Below are positions 46,128 through 56,842 of a stretch of 64,000 bases of DNA, in pieces. The translations under genes and the position numbers were made by a program. The DNA lies in NCBI GenBank assembly GCA_004431415.1, contig QPMI01000546.1, forward strand, positions 62,001 to 126,000, written 5' to 3'. This DNA comes from Cyanophora paradoxa CCMP329 (Eukaryota; Plantae; Glaucophyta). Below the pieces are notes generated by a model. It searched no databases. It had not been told where the DNA came from and saw nothing but the letters and a program-made list of their open reading frames with translations. Position 1 is the first letter of the stretch. Every line of letters starts with the position of its first letter.

Positions 46128-46403
46128 ATGGATGTTGAATCATCAACTAAACAGCGTGGTCGCAAACCAATTGTTGTCACCCCTGAAATTGCTGCGGCAC
46201 GAAAAGCAAAGCGTGCTGAAAATCATCGCCGTCGTTACAATGAAGATCCGGAATTTCGCCGACGACACATTGAAGCCAGTTCGAAATACCAGCAGAACAA
46301 CAGCGAGAATCATTTAGAGGCCAATCGCCGCTATCGCAATCGAATCTACGAAAAGTTAGCACTGCTAGAGTCCCTCCAACAATGTGTTGTTATAGCTCTT
46401 TGA
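46128..46403 (+). CDS. Small basic putative DNA-binding protein
   Basis: RGRKP (AT-hook-like) followed by an Arg/Tyr-rich helix. Confidence 0.6.
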   Translation: MDVESSTKQRGRKPIVVTPEIAAARKAKRAENHRRRYNEDPEFRRRHIEASSKYQQNNSENHLEANRRYRNRIYEKLALLESLQQCVVIAL

Positions 46404-47526
46404 CTAGCCTTCTGGTCTTTGTTCTCTCTAATATTCCACCAGGGTTTAACTTGACAGTTCCAGCTGTCGCAAGTTGCTTTTGAAGGCGAAGCAGCTTCTT
46501 ATTTTTTTCTATGTCCACTCGATCTAAATTCTCTCGCATCAGATTTAGCTCCTTCTTTCTGCGCTGCTGTGACCGCTGTGCTGCATTTCCCGCACGACGT
46601 TCCTCTGAATCTACTGGGACCTTTAAAAGTTGCTGGTAGGTCACTGGTGTATCCGATCCAGCGAGTTTAAATCTTAGAAGGGGTCCAAAACCCCCAATCA
46701 ACTCAATTCGAAATACTTCTTTCGAGAAGGTTGGCTTTGTCGATTTATCGAAGGTTCTCCTGGTTAGCTTAACTCGAACTAGGTCTCCTACTTTAAATTC
46801 GACCTCCTTCAGGTAGTGTTGCTGCTCGTAGATCTCTCGCTGATAATCGTTGCGCGCGATTGTCTCCTTCGGATTCTCTGCTGCAGCGTTTGGCGATGTA
46901 CCAATCGACCTATGCTCTGACGAATTATAATTGCGCAAGAAAGCGGGCAGCTTGTCGATGTACCTATCCGTGTCATATGCCTCCATATACCGTGCAATAA
47001 CTCGCTTCAAAGTTCCATTAAATCTTTCTATTTTGCCGTTTGCTTGTGGTCGATGCGCTTCCACAGCATTGTGCTTAATTCCCTCAGCTTCTAACAAACT
47101 ACCAGCTGAAGCTTTAAACTCCTGATCTGTCTGAATAATATCCGGCTTGGCTGGAAAACTATCTATGAGTTTCCGTAGTGTTGAAAGGAGTGTACTTTCG
47201 CTCTTGTTCTTCATTGGAATGCTGTAGGCTTTCCGAGTCACTACGTCCACTGCGTTCATTATAAAGTGAATACCGCGGTTTGTTCTAGCGTACGGAGTCA
47301 CGTCGATTAGGTCCACCTCGTAGTATTTCTCTGCTTTGTCGTATGTTATACTTGTGAATGGTTTCTCTTTTTGCGGCCTCGCAAATCTTTGCGCTGTCGA
47401 TAATTTCTCCAGCACTTCTCTAACCCTGGAAACTGGTATTTTCAACTTCTTGGCAATACGTGTGGCAGACTGAAGCCCTATTTCTGGATCATAGTATGCC
47501 TCCTGAATTTTGGCTGATGTACTCAT
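46390..47526 (-). CDS. Retroviral-like (rve) integrase, Polinton type
   Basis: YYDP N-terminus; DDE triad in EVDLID, VDVVTRKA, QTDQEF and IERFNGTLK; YNSSEHRSIGTSP; FKVGDLVRV. Confidence 0.95.
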   Translation of the reverse strand: MSTSAKIQEAYYDPEIGLQSATRIAKKLKIPVSRVREVLEKLSTAQRFARPQKEKPFTSITYDKAEKYYEVDLIDVTPYARTNRGIHFIMNAVDVVTRKAYSIPMKNKSESTLLSTLRKLIDSFPAKPDIIQTDQEFKASAGSLLEAEGIKHNAVEAHRPQANGKIERFNGTLKRVIARYMEAYDTDRYIDKLPAFLRNYNSSEHRSIGTSPNAAAENPKETIARNDYQREIYEQQHYLKEVEFKVGDLVRVKLTRRTFDKSTKPTFSKEVFRIELIGGFGPLLRFKLAGSDTPVTYQQLLKVPVDSEERRAGNAAQRSQQRRKKELNLMRENLDRVDIEKNKKLLRLQKQLATAGTVKLNPGGILERTKTRRLVKEL

Positions 47527-50500
47527 GAGGAACTGTGCTGTAATAGTCATCCGAAATTATCTTTCGCTTTGTGTATTCCGTCTTATTTAATACTCTGCTG
47601 AATGGAATCTGAATGATTGAACTAAAACCTATCCCCTCCTCGCGTTGCTTTCCATTCGGTTTGAAGACACGAGATAGTTTAGACTCTATTTTGCACTCCG
47701 GCTGATACCGGCTCTCAAGCATCTGCTTGAACGCTTCCAAAGCAACCCGAGAATGGAGGTGCCCCTTCCTCATCTCCGGATCATTCGAAAGCCAGTTCTC
47801 TTCGATCCAGCTTTTTGGTATTCCTTTGGCACGCACATGCACGTCCGATTCACCGTTCGCTTTCACGTACCGACAACAGTACACCTTGGGCCCAACGAAA
47901 TACGCCTCCACAATGTGTCCCTGGATATCGTAATCTAGTTTTCCAAGTTCGCTCTCGCAGATCACCCTGTTCGCCTCCTCTTCGCCCATTCCCTCCACAG
48001 AGTAGGGCCGCTTCATGCAATCAGTCACCAGCTCTGCAAATTTCCTGTGCACAACAAGAGAGTCCGTGTCCGTGTAAAACGGCATGGCTTCGATGTCTTT
48101 ATAAGAGTTCATCTTTACTAGGAACCTGTCCATTATCTCGCGACTGTAGGACAGAATAAATGCTCCAATAAAACAGGGCTTCGACACACAAGCATCACGT
48201 TTGCTCTCAGGTACTTCATATGTCACATACATCCGTGTTTCACTCTCAATTTCGATGTCTGTAATCGTAGACGTCCGCTGTAGCTCCTTAAATCGGCGGT
48301 AATTAGAAACTAGCTCTGTTGTTTCGATCACAGGCCTCTGGGCAAATTTTCCGTAAAGACCATTTAATTGAATCTTTGCTGTTGCGTACTGAGCTGTGCC
48401 CTTCCTTGAACGAGCTTTCATACAGTATAACTTCTCGATGTAATCTTTAAACATTCTCTCCTTGCCTTCAAATAAATACACCTCGTGAACTTCTGTTATT
48501 TCCACCCCAAGCGCTATCGCCCTGTAGATATCAACCGATGTATACATCTCGCGCTCGATCGGTTTCAGGTTCGACCAGCCCAAATTCGACTCGTGACGAG
48601 GTAGCGAGAAAGCACAAGGTCCTGAGGAATTTTCGCACTGATGCTCGCAATGAACAGTTGCTCCATTTTTCGACTTAACATGAACTTTCTAAAACGTTCT
48701 AATGCCTCCGGTTCATTGATTAGCTTAAATTTACCTGTAGGAAACTGGTTAAAGTACATAGCGGTTGGATATAGAGAGACCACATCCAGATCTACCAAGT
48801 AATCATCTGGACCCTTCGAGACAAACTTGCGTTTGAATGGTAAACAGCGACCTCCGTAAATCGCCCTGCGAAACACCTGATCTTCACTATACTTCGGAAG
48901 TTGCAGCTCTGTCTTCAACAGCTGCCGGTAAATCTGAAAAGCCATTGATGAAGCTGTAAGTGTTTGTTTGGAATTCACATTTATTCCAAATAGATCAAAG
49001 CTCGTACTCGAATATTTCATGTATAGCTCCGTCATCGATCGCACGTCGGCTCTAAGATATTCTCCCCATTCCTCCTTGTGTGTCTCAACGTCTGCCCACG
49101 TCTTGATCTTGCGATGGTCAAAGTCTCCTTTGATTGTCGTGCAGCCGTAGTCCTTTCCAGCCTGTTTTAGTGAACCTTGAATATGTAGGCACGGGTCAAA
49201 ACTCGTCAACTCTCCTCCTGCTGACGTCTTCCATTTCATACTCTTAATCTTGCCCGAGGAGCGCATGACGTTCACCTGGCTTTCTGGCCGATTCTCAATC
49301 AGCCATCGGTATATGAATATCAGATCAAAACCAGCACCGTTGTAAAATACTACTGTGGTCTTCTCTGCCCAAGCATCCAGCCATTGCATGAATTGATTTA
49401 ATGTTTCAGGACCGTAAAACATCTTGGTTCCTACAATTTCGCCCTTGCATATTATGTCTGTGTCAACAGCATAAGGAACGTGGGTCTTGCCATCACAAGG
49501 AAATGTTTCAAAGTCAGCCCCTATCACGCTATCCATCGCTGTAAATTCACTCTCCTTTTCGCAAGGAGTAATCTTTCTTCCAATAACACCTTTGTTTCTG
49601 ATGGCGGCAACGCATTTGTTTGTGTGATCTTCAATTGGATTGTAGGCGCAACGACATCTAGCACAAAACTGACAGGTTAGCTTGTGTCTTTCCAGTTCGA
49701 ACTGCATTTTCCCGCAGGCACTACACTTCTCCATCTCAGTCGTTCTTTTATCCTTAATCAGGTAGCAGTGCACATCGACTATACAAAGGTGAGCACGTTT
49801 TTCAAATCCTAGATCGGTCGCAAAAAGCAGCTTAAACTTTCCTTGCGAAAACTCAAAAACGCTGGTGTCTATTCTGTAAAAAGCGCTCAGCTTATTAATC
49901 GTTGGCACATCAACTGATATCATTCCTCGCCGCAGTCCTAGCTGTGTTCTAATCCCTCCGTAGTCCAGTCTCTGAAGTTGCTTGTAAATTCGATCAAGGC
50001 TTATTCTTCCAGGGTTTAGCTTCACATATTCAAAACACTCAAGCACACAGTTGTCTTCTGGTGAAATCGGACAGTAGATCTTATTCATGGTCAGGGCTTT
50101 GCCATTGAATGGGAGTTTCGGTACGTTTCCAAGTGCGCCTGCAGCGTTCTCTGCAATGAGCACCTCTATTTTCACTACTGGCCAAAGGTCGTTGTCTTCA
50201 TATGGCTGCTGCGCTAGCATCCATTGTTCCATCTTTTCAGCCAGATTTGACAAGAGCGACTGCATTGTGCCCTCTTCGATTGTTGCTAGTTGAGTGCGAT
50301 ACATGCGAAAGTTATCGAAATGAAACCGAATTAGGACGCTTGATCCTATTTTCTCTGGAATTCGCAGCTCTCTCAGAAACTCAATCGTGATCTCTTTAAC
50401 CCGCTCAGGTATTGGAGTCGGATCAATATCCAAAATATCCTTGGTAAATAACAACCCCGGATATGCATAGTGAGTATAATTTAACACGGTATCACCTCGA

Positions 50501-50814
50501 CCTGTCTCGCGAAATAAATTCGAGATCCCATACTCTACAATTTCATCAAACTCTCGCGTGGCTTCAATTCGAGCATTGCGTTCGTTCTCAAAATGACTTG
50601 TTATCCATGACTGGTACAAAGGGCGCTGCGGCCGGTTCGTCTGTCTAAGTCTAAGCAATGTTGAAAGATTAGCTCGAAGATTTTGTGTGTGGGTTCCCCT
50701 CTGTGGGTCTGCTAGTCGCATCAGTGTGTTCAAATATGTTCCGTTAATGTACCTAAGATTGTGTAGCTCCTGCGCTAGACTCCGAATTTCAGCTCTCAGA
50801 TTGTTCCTGTCCAT
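47489..50814 (-). CDS. Protein-primed family B DNA polymerase (frameshift near 48605)
   Basis: Exo motifs ADFET, YNGAGFD, YLRADV; Pol motifs YGGRC, DVVSLYPTAM, KIQLNGLYGKFAQ, YTDTDS, GPKVY; long N-terminal region with a Cys-rich cluster. Confidence 0.95.
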
Positions 50815-50949
50815 TATGAATAGGTCTCTACAATATTGGATGGCCGAAAACTTTTTGGGATTTAATCGCAGACAATCTCTGATTGCTAGTATGTATGCGA
50901 GAAACCTTTAAGTCATACAACTTACTGCAAGACCTGTCTCCGGCTAGCA

Positions 50950-51001
50950 ATCAGCGCACTATCAGCGCACTATCAGCGCACTATCAGCGCACTATCAGCG
51001 C
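50950..51001. repeat. 11-bp tandem repeat (ATCAGCGCACT, ~4.7 copies)
   Basis: Seen directly upstream of polB. Confidence 0.9.
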
Positions 51002-51003
51002 CA

Positions 51004-51771
51004 ATCTTTTGTGTGTCACGTATCTCGCCACGTCACAGCGTCACGTCACGGCGTCCGCAAAGTTTTCTCGCCAACTTGACCCTCCGAATTAAAACAATTA
51101 AAACAATTAAAACAAAAGAAAAGCTCCAAAGGCAGAAACTTCTGAGCCTGCAGTCTGACGGATCTAACCGGTACCTGTTTCGTCGACTGACCGCTGAGCT
51201 TGCAAAATAATTAAATTGGGCTTGCGACTTTTCTATTTCCAAAGTTCAACAATTGCAGGCTTTTTCAGAGTTCAAGCTTGTCCACAACCCCGGTCGTGCA
51301 CCTCCAGGCTCTCACCGCGCAGCCTCGCTAGCTTGCAGCGGTTATAGCTAGCTGATGATGTACGAATCGCTTTCCCGGTCCGTCCGTAAGCGCAGGGCGC
51401 ATCGATGTGATGAAAGCATCGTTTGGACGTGAGCTTGTCCACAAACCCGGTCCTGTTAATTTCGCAACTAATTGTGCTTTTCATCAATTTTCAGAGAGTC
51501 AGAGCTCACTCGGCTGATAAAGTCATAGCTCTGGGTCTAGCGGTCCTAGCCGGAGCGCTCTAGCTCCGAACCGACTAGGCGACTGCATCCAACCGGTCAA
51601 CCGTCCAACCGGCCAGCGTTAAGTTTAAACTTGAAACTTGTGATCTTTTGTGTGACACGTATCTCGCCGTTTTCTCGCCACGTCACAGCGTCACGTCACG
51701 GCGTCCGCAAAGTTTTCTTAGGAACTTGACCCTCCGAATTAAAACAATTAAAACAATTAAAACAAAAGAAA
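51004..51771. repeat. Subterminal ~120-bp direct repeat pair (51004-51121 and 51643-51771)
   Basis: Both copies contain cacgtcacagcgtcacgtcacggcgtccgcaaagttttct and aacttgaccctccg followed by (aattaaaac) three times. Confidence 0.9.
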
Positions 51772-51795
51772 GGTAAAGTCATCGACACATCTCCA

Positions 51796-52222
51796 GAGGC
51801 CGCACCAGACCGCTCTGGGGGCCCGTCCTTACGTGCGGCTATAGCTTAACGCTTTTTCCTCGTTTAGCTTCTCTGTACACATCAATTACATCTAGCTAGA
51901 GCTTAACACGTTTCCTCGTTTAGCTTCTCTGTACTCATTAATATCGCCTAGCCTATTCTGCCACGTTGTTCTACAGACCGCGCTCAAGGGGGCAGCGCTC
52001 CTCTTCGTCTATTCTAGTTGTCAGCTCTGCCCTGAATAGTCGTTAGATATTTCTTTGTTAAGACTCCGACCCGAGTCTGGTAGACCTGGGAATTAGGGTC
52101 TCGTAGACGTACAAGGTGAATTAACTGAAGAGGGGCTGGAGGTATACACTGGAAACGCATGGAATCGGGGGCAATGGAGCGAAGCGGAATTGCCCGGGTG
52201 TGAGGTCCATGCGTATACAACA
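51796..52222 (-). repeat. Right terminal inverted repeat (427 bp, ends CAACA)
   Basis: Reverse complement of 29556-29981. Confidence 0.97.
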
Positions 52223-52849
52223 TACGTACCCTGCCGCAAGAGCACAATTTCAAGGCGATCAGTTTCATGCATATGAATCGAAGAAAAATGGGAAGCGAAG
52301 ACAGTACTAGTATCACCTTCCATTCTTTCCTTCCTTGCAGTGTTTGCAGCTGCGTATGCATGTACATATGCATCCATCAGAGATCAAGGTAGGGCCGCCA
52401 TGTGTATGTTACAATTTATTTAAATAGGTGATTTAGATTTAAAGAGATCTAGAGGAACTTCCGAAGAAGGGAACATGGCCCAGTATACGTAGAGCCGATC
52501 GCGAGGGAAGTGCATTTGCATGCTACGAGTAGCTATAGGTGAAGTTAAAGAGAGGAAGTTCCAAAGAAGCTTATAATTAAGGGGACATGGAGCCGACGTC
52601 GCCCACGGTCAAAACGACGCATATATATGGGGGCGTGAGGGACATTAATATTGCAATTGAGAGAATATTAATGATGAAACGGGATTGCTCGGCGCCGCAT
52701 GCGCAGCGCCTTGGCACATGGAACGGCGGCCATTGTCGGGTTCGCTCTTGGCAGTGAAAATGAACGACGGGCCGGGAACGCGAGTGAAAGCTTAAAATCT
52801 ATGATATCGATCTTCGGCAAAATATGCATGCATATATGTACGTATACGC

Positions 52850-54179
52850 ACATTTAACGAGAATCGACCAGCACGCCTTTACGGCGTGGGCGCTGCGCCC
52901 ATCCAATCGCTGTGCAATCTGTGCGGACGGGGGTGGTCAGTACTAGTCTTGCTGATTCGTCGAGCGGGCATTGCATTATCAGCAGTCACGTCCGTGAATT
53001 TTGACTCGACTAGAGGCTACATGCATTCGCGCGGAGGGGCAGGTGGGCAGGGGTGGTGCGTACTTCAGCCCAGTTCGGGCCCAGCTCTTTGTACGTCTCG
53101 CCAACAACGCGTTTCTCCTCCTCTGACCAGGGGCGGTTCTGTTGGAAAAAGTTAGAACGCGTGCGCAGAAGAGCTGGCAGATGCTTCGGCCGCGGATTCA
53201 AAAGACGGAAAGATGGATGCTAGTAATGTGACGGGGGCGGGGTAATTACAATCCGTGCGCATACCCTAGACGACGATTTCTCGGAGAAAACTTTTGAAAG
53301 CAGCCCGGGGGTACAATTTATAGCTATATAGCTATCAGCAACACAGGAGATGTCCGCGGGAAAACGGGCCCAACAGGGACACTGGAATTCCTTTATAATT
53401 AGCTCCGCGTCATTCGACGGATACCTTAACCCCAATCTTAAGTATAATATACAGATGGTGATCATGAACAGTGAAAGTCTGGTAACTATAGAAGGGACGG
53501 CAGATCCCGCCCCGGCCCCACTCGCTCCTCTCACAGCACCTTTATCGGGTCCTCTTTAACATGCCCTGCAAGTGACCTCAGCATTTACGACATTGGGGTG
53601 GGCGGAAAAAACCAAAAAGCAGGCGCACAATGGTACCGCGCCCTGCACTGAGCGGGAGTCTTGGTCCCTGGAAGGCCCGCCCGTTCGTTCGTAGCTGGCA
53701 AGCTTAAGGGTGGTGACGAGGAGGGGGGCGTACCGATGACGTTCGAAACCTCCGACCACGTCTTGGTGCCCTCCGCGACATCCTCGGCGAGCTCGCGGAG
53801 CTGCATGTCTTCCTGCTCGAAGCGCGCGCGCGAGCCGATGTCAGGTCCCGCGCGCTCTGCAGCTGCGTACGCGCAGCTAATTTATAAGCTTGAGCGGGCG
53901 ATCCATCCGCCTGACCTCGTACGTCCAGACGGGGGCCCCGGAAAAACTAGCCGAGCGCCGCGCAGGGGCGGCTTCCGCGTCGACGTCACGTTTGACGGCG
54001 CGCAGGGCTGGGACGTCTGGCGGCAGGCCGTGTGGCGCTTGCTGGGGCTGGCCATGGGACTCGGCCCTGCCCTGCCCGGGCGCGTGCTCGAGCTCCCCGT
54101 CCTGATGGCCGGCGGCTGCCCCCCGGGATGAACGAGTGCGGTTCCGGCCGCGGCCACGCACGCCTCCGTGCGAATGCAT
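52850..54179 (-). CDS. Myb-domain transcription factor (two repeats), 5' exons; boundaries approximate
   Basis: Spliced repeats WTYEEDMQLRELAEDVAEGTKTWSEVSNVIGTKTPAQCRARY and RPWSEEEKRVVGETYKELGPNWAEIAQRLDGRSAHAVKACW. Confidence 0.82.
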
Positions 54180-55232
54180 TCGGGATGGCGATGTGCGGCG
54201 AGCTCGAGCTCAGATTAGCTGCTGCCGGGTGCTGGTGCGCTCCAGAGTTGTCGGCGCCTGCTCGTGATCCAAAAGCTGAACGAAACACATGTACAACGCC
54301 TGCGGTCTGCTGTTCTCGCGTTGCGGTGCTGTCCGACACTAGCTGGTCATGAGGCTGGCAGCTCGGGTGCCTGGGGAGCGAGGCGTTAACGTTGCGCGCT
54401 CTTGTCGAAGTCGAACGACGCTCGAAGCTGGTAAGAACAGACGTGGATGGCCGAGCAGGAGCAACGGCTACCAGGCTGCAGCTGCCCAGATCTAGAACTT
54501 CGGAACTCCGAAGCCCACGTGCACGCGGCGATGGCTGTCAGCTCCGTCGACGTTGGAGAACCATCAGAGAACCGAAGTTCTACGACTCAGGAGTCGGGAC
54601 TCTCCGCCGCCGACGAAGACGACCCGGGCCCGGGGCGACTCGGCGGTCGAAGGCAACGTTCGTACGCAGCGCTGCTTCTAGCTAGCTGTAGAGCTGCTGG
54701 TCAGTGCGCGCATGCTGGATATATAAGCACCCCGGGCGCCCTGCAGCCCGGCCGGCGGCCGCGCGCGCCTACAGCATGCGCAGTACCGGTAGCTAAGGTC
54801 CCGATGTGCTCCCAGCTCAAGTTGGCTTGTACCCACCCCATGTGTTGGTTTTGCTTGCTTCGAATATTCGTCAGAAAACAAAAACCGTGACTCGAGCTCG
54901 CCGCCGAGTCGCCGGCGCCGACTCCGCCGCCGAGTCGCCCGGCCCGGCGCCGGGCCGGCGGTGTCGCCGCGCCGAGCCGATATTACGGCGATATACCGAT
55001 ATTATGGTCCGATAATGACGAGCTCGCCGGCGGAGTCGCCGCCGAGCCGATAATTATAATCATTGAATAACTCGATACACTAGCTATAGTAATCTGACTC
55101 GATATACCAGTAAATATAATTAGGACGACGTCCGAGTCGGTCCGACCAGTGATCATCACGGTCCTCATCATGGCATGATCATGATTCATGATCACGGACT
55201 CACACGGAGCCGCGCGCGGCTGGAGCCTTAGT

Positions 55233-55472
55233 CTGTAGGATGGCTTTTTTAGCCGTACTTTTAAATTGCCGTATATTGCCAAGTTGCCGAGACGCCAAAT
55301 TCGGCAATTTAGAGCCGCGGCAATTCTCGGGGGGTAGGGTTAAACGGCCGCTTTTGTTTGGCGCCATAGAAGAAATCCAGAGTTTCGGCAATTTATCGCC
55401 ACGGCAATTTCGGTTTTGGCCGAATTCGGCAATTTAACTAGTAACTACACGGCAATTTAAGCCATCCCACAG
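55233..55472. mobile_element. MITE with 14-bp TIRs and internal CGGCAATTT repeats
   Basis: CTGTAGGATGGCTT...AAGCCATCCCACAG (one mismatch); right flank is TA, left TSD imperfect. Confidence 0.65.
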
Positions 55473-55646
55473 TATTCATGATCGATATCGCGCGCGGCCG
55501 AGCTCGAGAGAGTCGTTCCATCCGCTGAGATTAATATTCCATCCGCGCCGGGCCGCTCCGCGGCCGGATCCCGATCGAGTCCCGACTCCCGAGTCCCGAC
55601 TCCCGAGTCGATCCCGAGTCGGACTCCCGACTCCCGACTATAGCTA

Positions 55647-55897
55647 CCGTAATGCACAATATTAAGGTCTGTACTTTATTATGTCGTCCCGAAATTATGT
55701 CGCCTAAAGTTTGACAAAACGACATAATTTGGGGACGTCTTAATGGGGCGCGCAATGAGGTATCCCCCCACTTTTACCGCCCCATACAAGCCTGAAAAGT
55801 TCATGCCGACATAATTTGGGGACGTCATATTTCGCATAGAGAAGGCTCGGGTTTTAAAACGACATAAATTTGCATGACATAATATTGTGTATTACGG
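55647..55897. mobile_element. Tc1/mariner-pogo-type MITE
   Basis: TA|CCGTAATGCACAATATTA...TAATATTGTGTATTACGG|TA; internal CGACATAA repeats. Confidence 0.82.
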
Positions 55898-55967
55898 TAG
55901 TACTCCCCGGGCCCGAGTCTTGAGTCTTGACTGAGTTGACTCCCAAGTAAGAGTCCCAACTCCCGAC

Positions 55968-56452
55968 TAGTGCTGGGTTCAGTCAGGCTCCAACCCTGAC
56001 CCAGTCGCTCAGCCCCCCTGACTGTGACTGAATCAGTCAACCCGAGGTTCAGTCAGGCTACCGTGCAAAAACTGAGGAAAATGACCCGGAAATGACCCAG
56101 ATGCGATCCATCGATATCTAAGTTGCCAAGCACAGTGCGCGGGCAGTAGGGACTCTAGGGAGTGATTAGGCGAGCAAAGCTTAAGAACACTTGTGAAAGG
56201 AATTCGGCCCCCGTTAGCCTCGTTGGCGCGGGCGGTTTTGTTCAGATTTCGTTGTTTTTCTGGAGGTAAGACGACAGAAGATCCTTTTTAGGTCGATCCA
56301 CGTCGAGCTTCAGATGGAAAAAGCCCACAGGGGGGCACGCTCCCAGCAGGGTTTTGTATGGGACTGAGAGAACCTCAGTCGGCCAATTTGTTGACTCAGT
56401 CGGGTCAGTCAGACCCTCTGACTTTGACTGACAGTGACTGAACCCAGCCCTA
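55968..56452. mobile_element. hAT-type MITE
   Basis: 18-bp TIR TAGTGCTGGGTTCAGTCA / TGACTGAACCCAGCCCTA (one mismatch); 8-bp TSD CTCCCGAC on both sides. Confidence 0.85.
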
Positions 56453-56842
56453 CTCCCGACTCTCGAGTCCCGACTCCCGACTCCCGACTCCCGAGTCCCG
56501 GAGTCCGACGGTCCCCAGCCCCATTTACTCCCGAGTCTGATTTCGGACAAGCCGCGAGCCTTGAAGTTGGGACAAGTTTCGGATCTACCCTGTCTTCTTT
56601 TAAATGCAATCATTGAATATATATATCTTTTTAGCTCTCCTCAGTGACCAATTTTCAGGATAACAGTACATGCCAGTGATGCCACAATGCATGTGCATGA
56701 TTCATGCCGCGAATCATGCGCATGTCTTCATTCCCAAGTTAAAAAACCGTGCCACGCCGCCCACGCGTACGGTCCACGCCGACTCCACGGACGGTTATAA
56801 ATAACAGAGTGAAATATACGGACGGGACGCCGCCGTCACGCC

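Larger units (their letters stand above)
29556..52222. mobile_element. Endogenous Polinton-like virus (Maverick/Polinton/virophage-related), 22,667 bp
   Basis: ~426-bp TIRs, 6-bp TSD TACGTA (29550-29555 and 52223-52228), sharp drop in GC, intronless dense ORFs, pPolB, rve integrase, A32 ATPase, MCP and penton-like genes. Confidence 0.95.

Noticed and set aside
32430-50814. Programmed ribosomal frameshifting or phase variation
   Set aside because: Breaks occur even in core genes (MCP, PolB), at short runs of any base and always as one missing base; sequencing error is the simpler explanation.
51275-51445. DnaA boxes (TTGTCCACA)
   Set aside because: Mismatched to the consensus, only two copies, and the context is a eukaryotic virus.
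29556-52222. LTR retrotransposon, suggested by TG...CA ends and rve integrase
   Set aside because: The terminal repeats are inverted, there is no RT or Gag inside, and PolB and capsid genes are present.
29556-52222. Bacteriophage contamination or misassembly, suggested by tail fibre and low GC
   Set aside because: Clean TIR/TSD junctions with eukaryotic flanks; Polinton-type integrase, pPolB and A32 ATPase; no terminase or portal.
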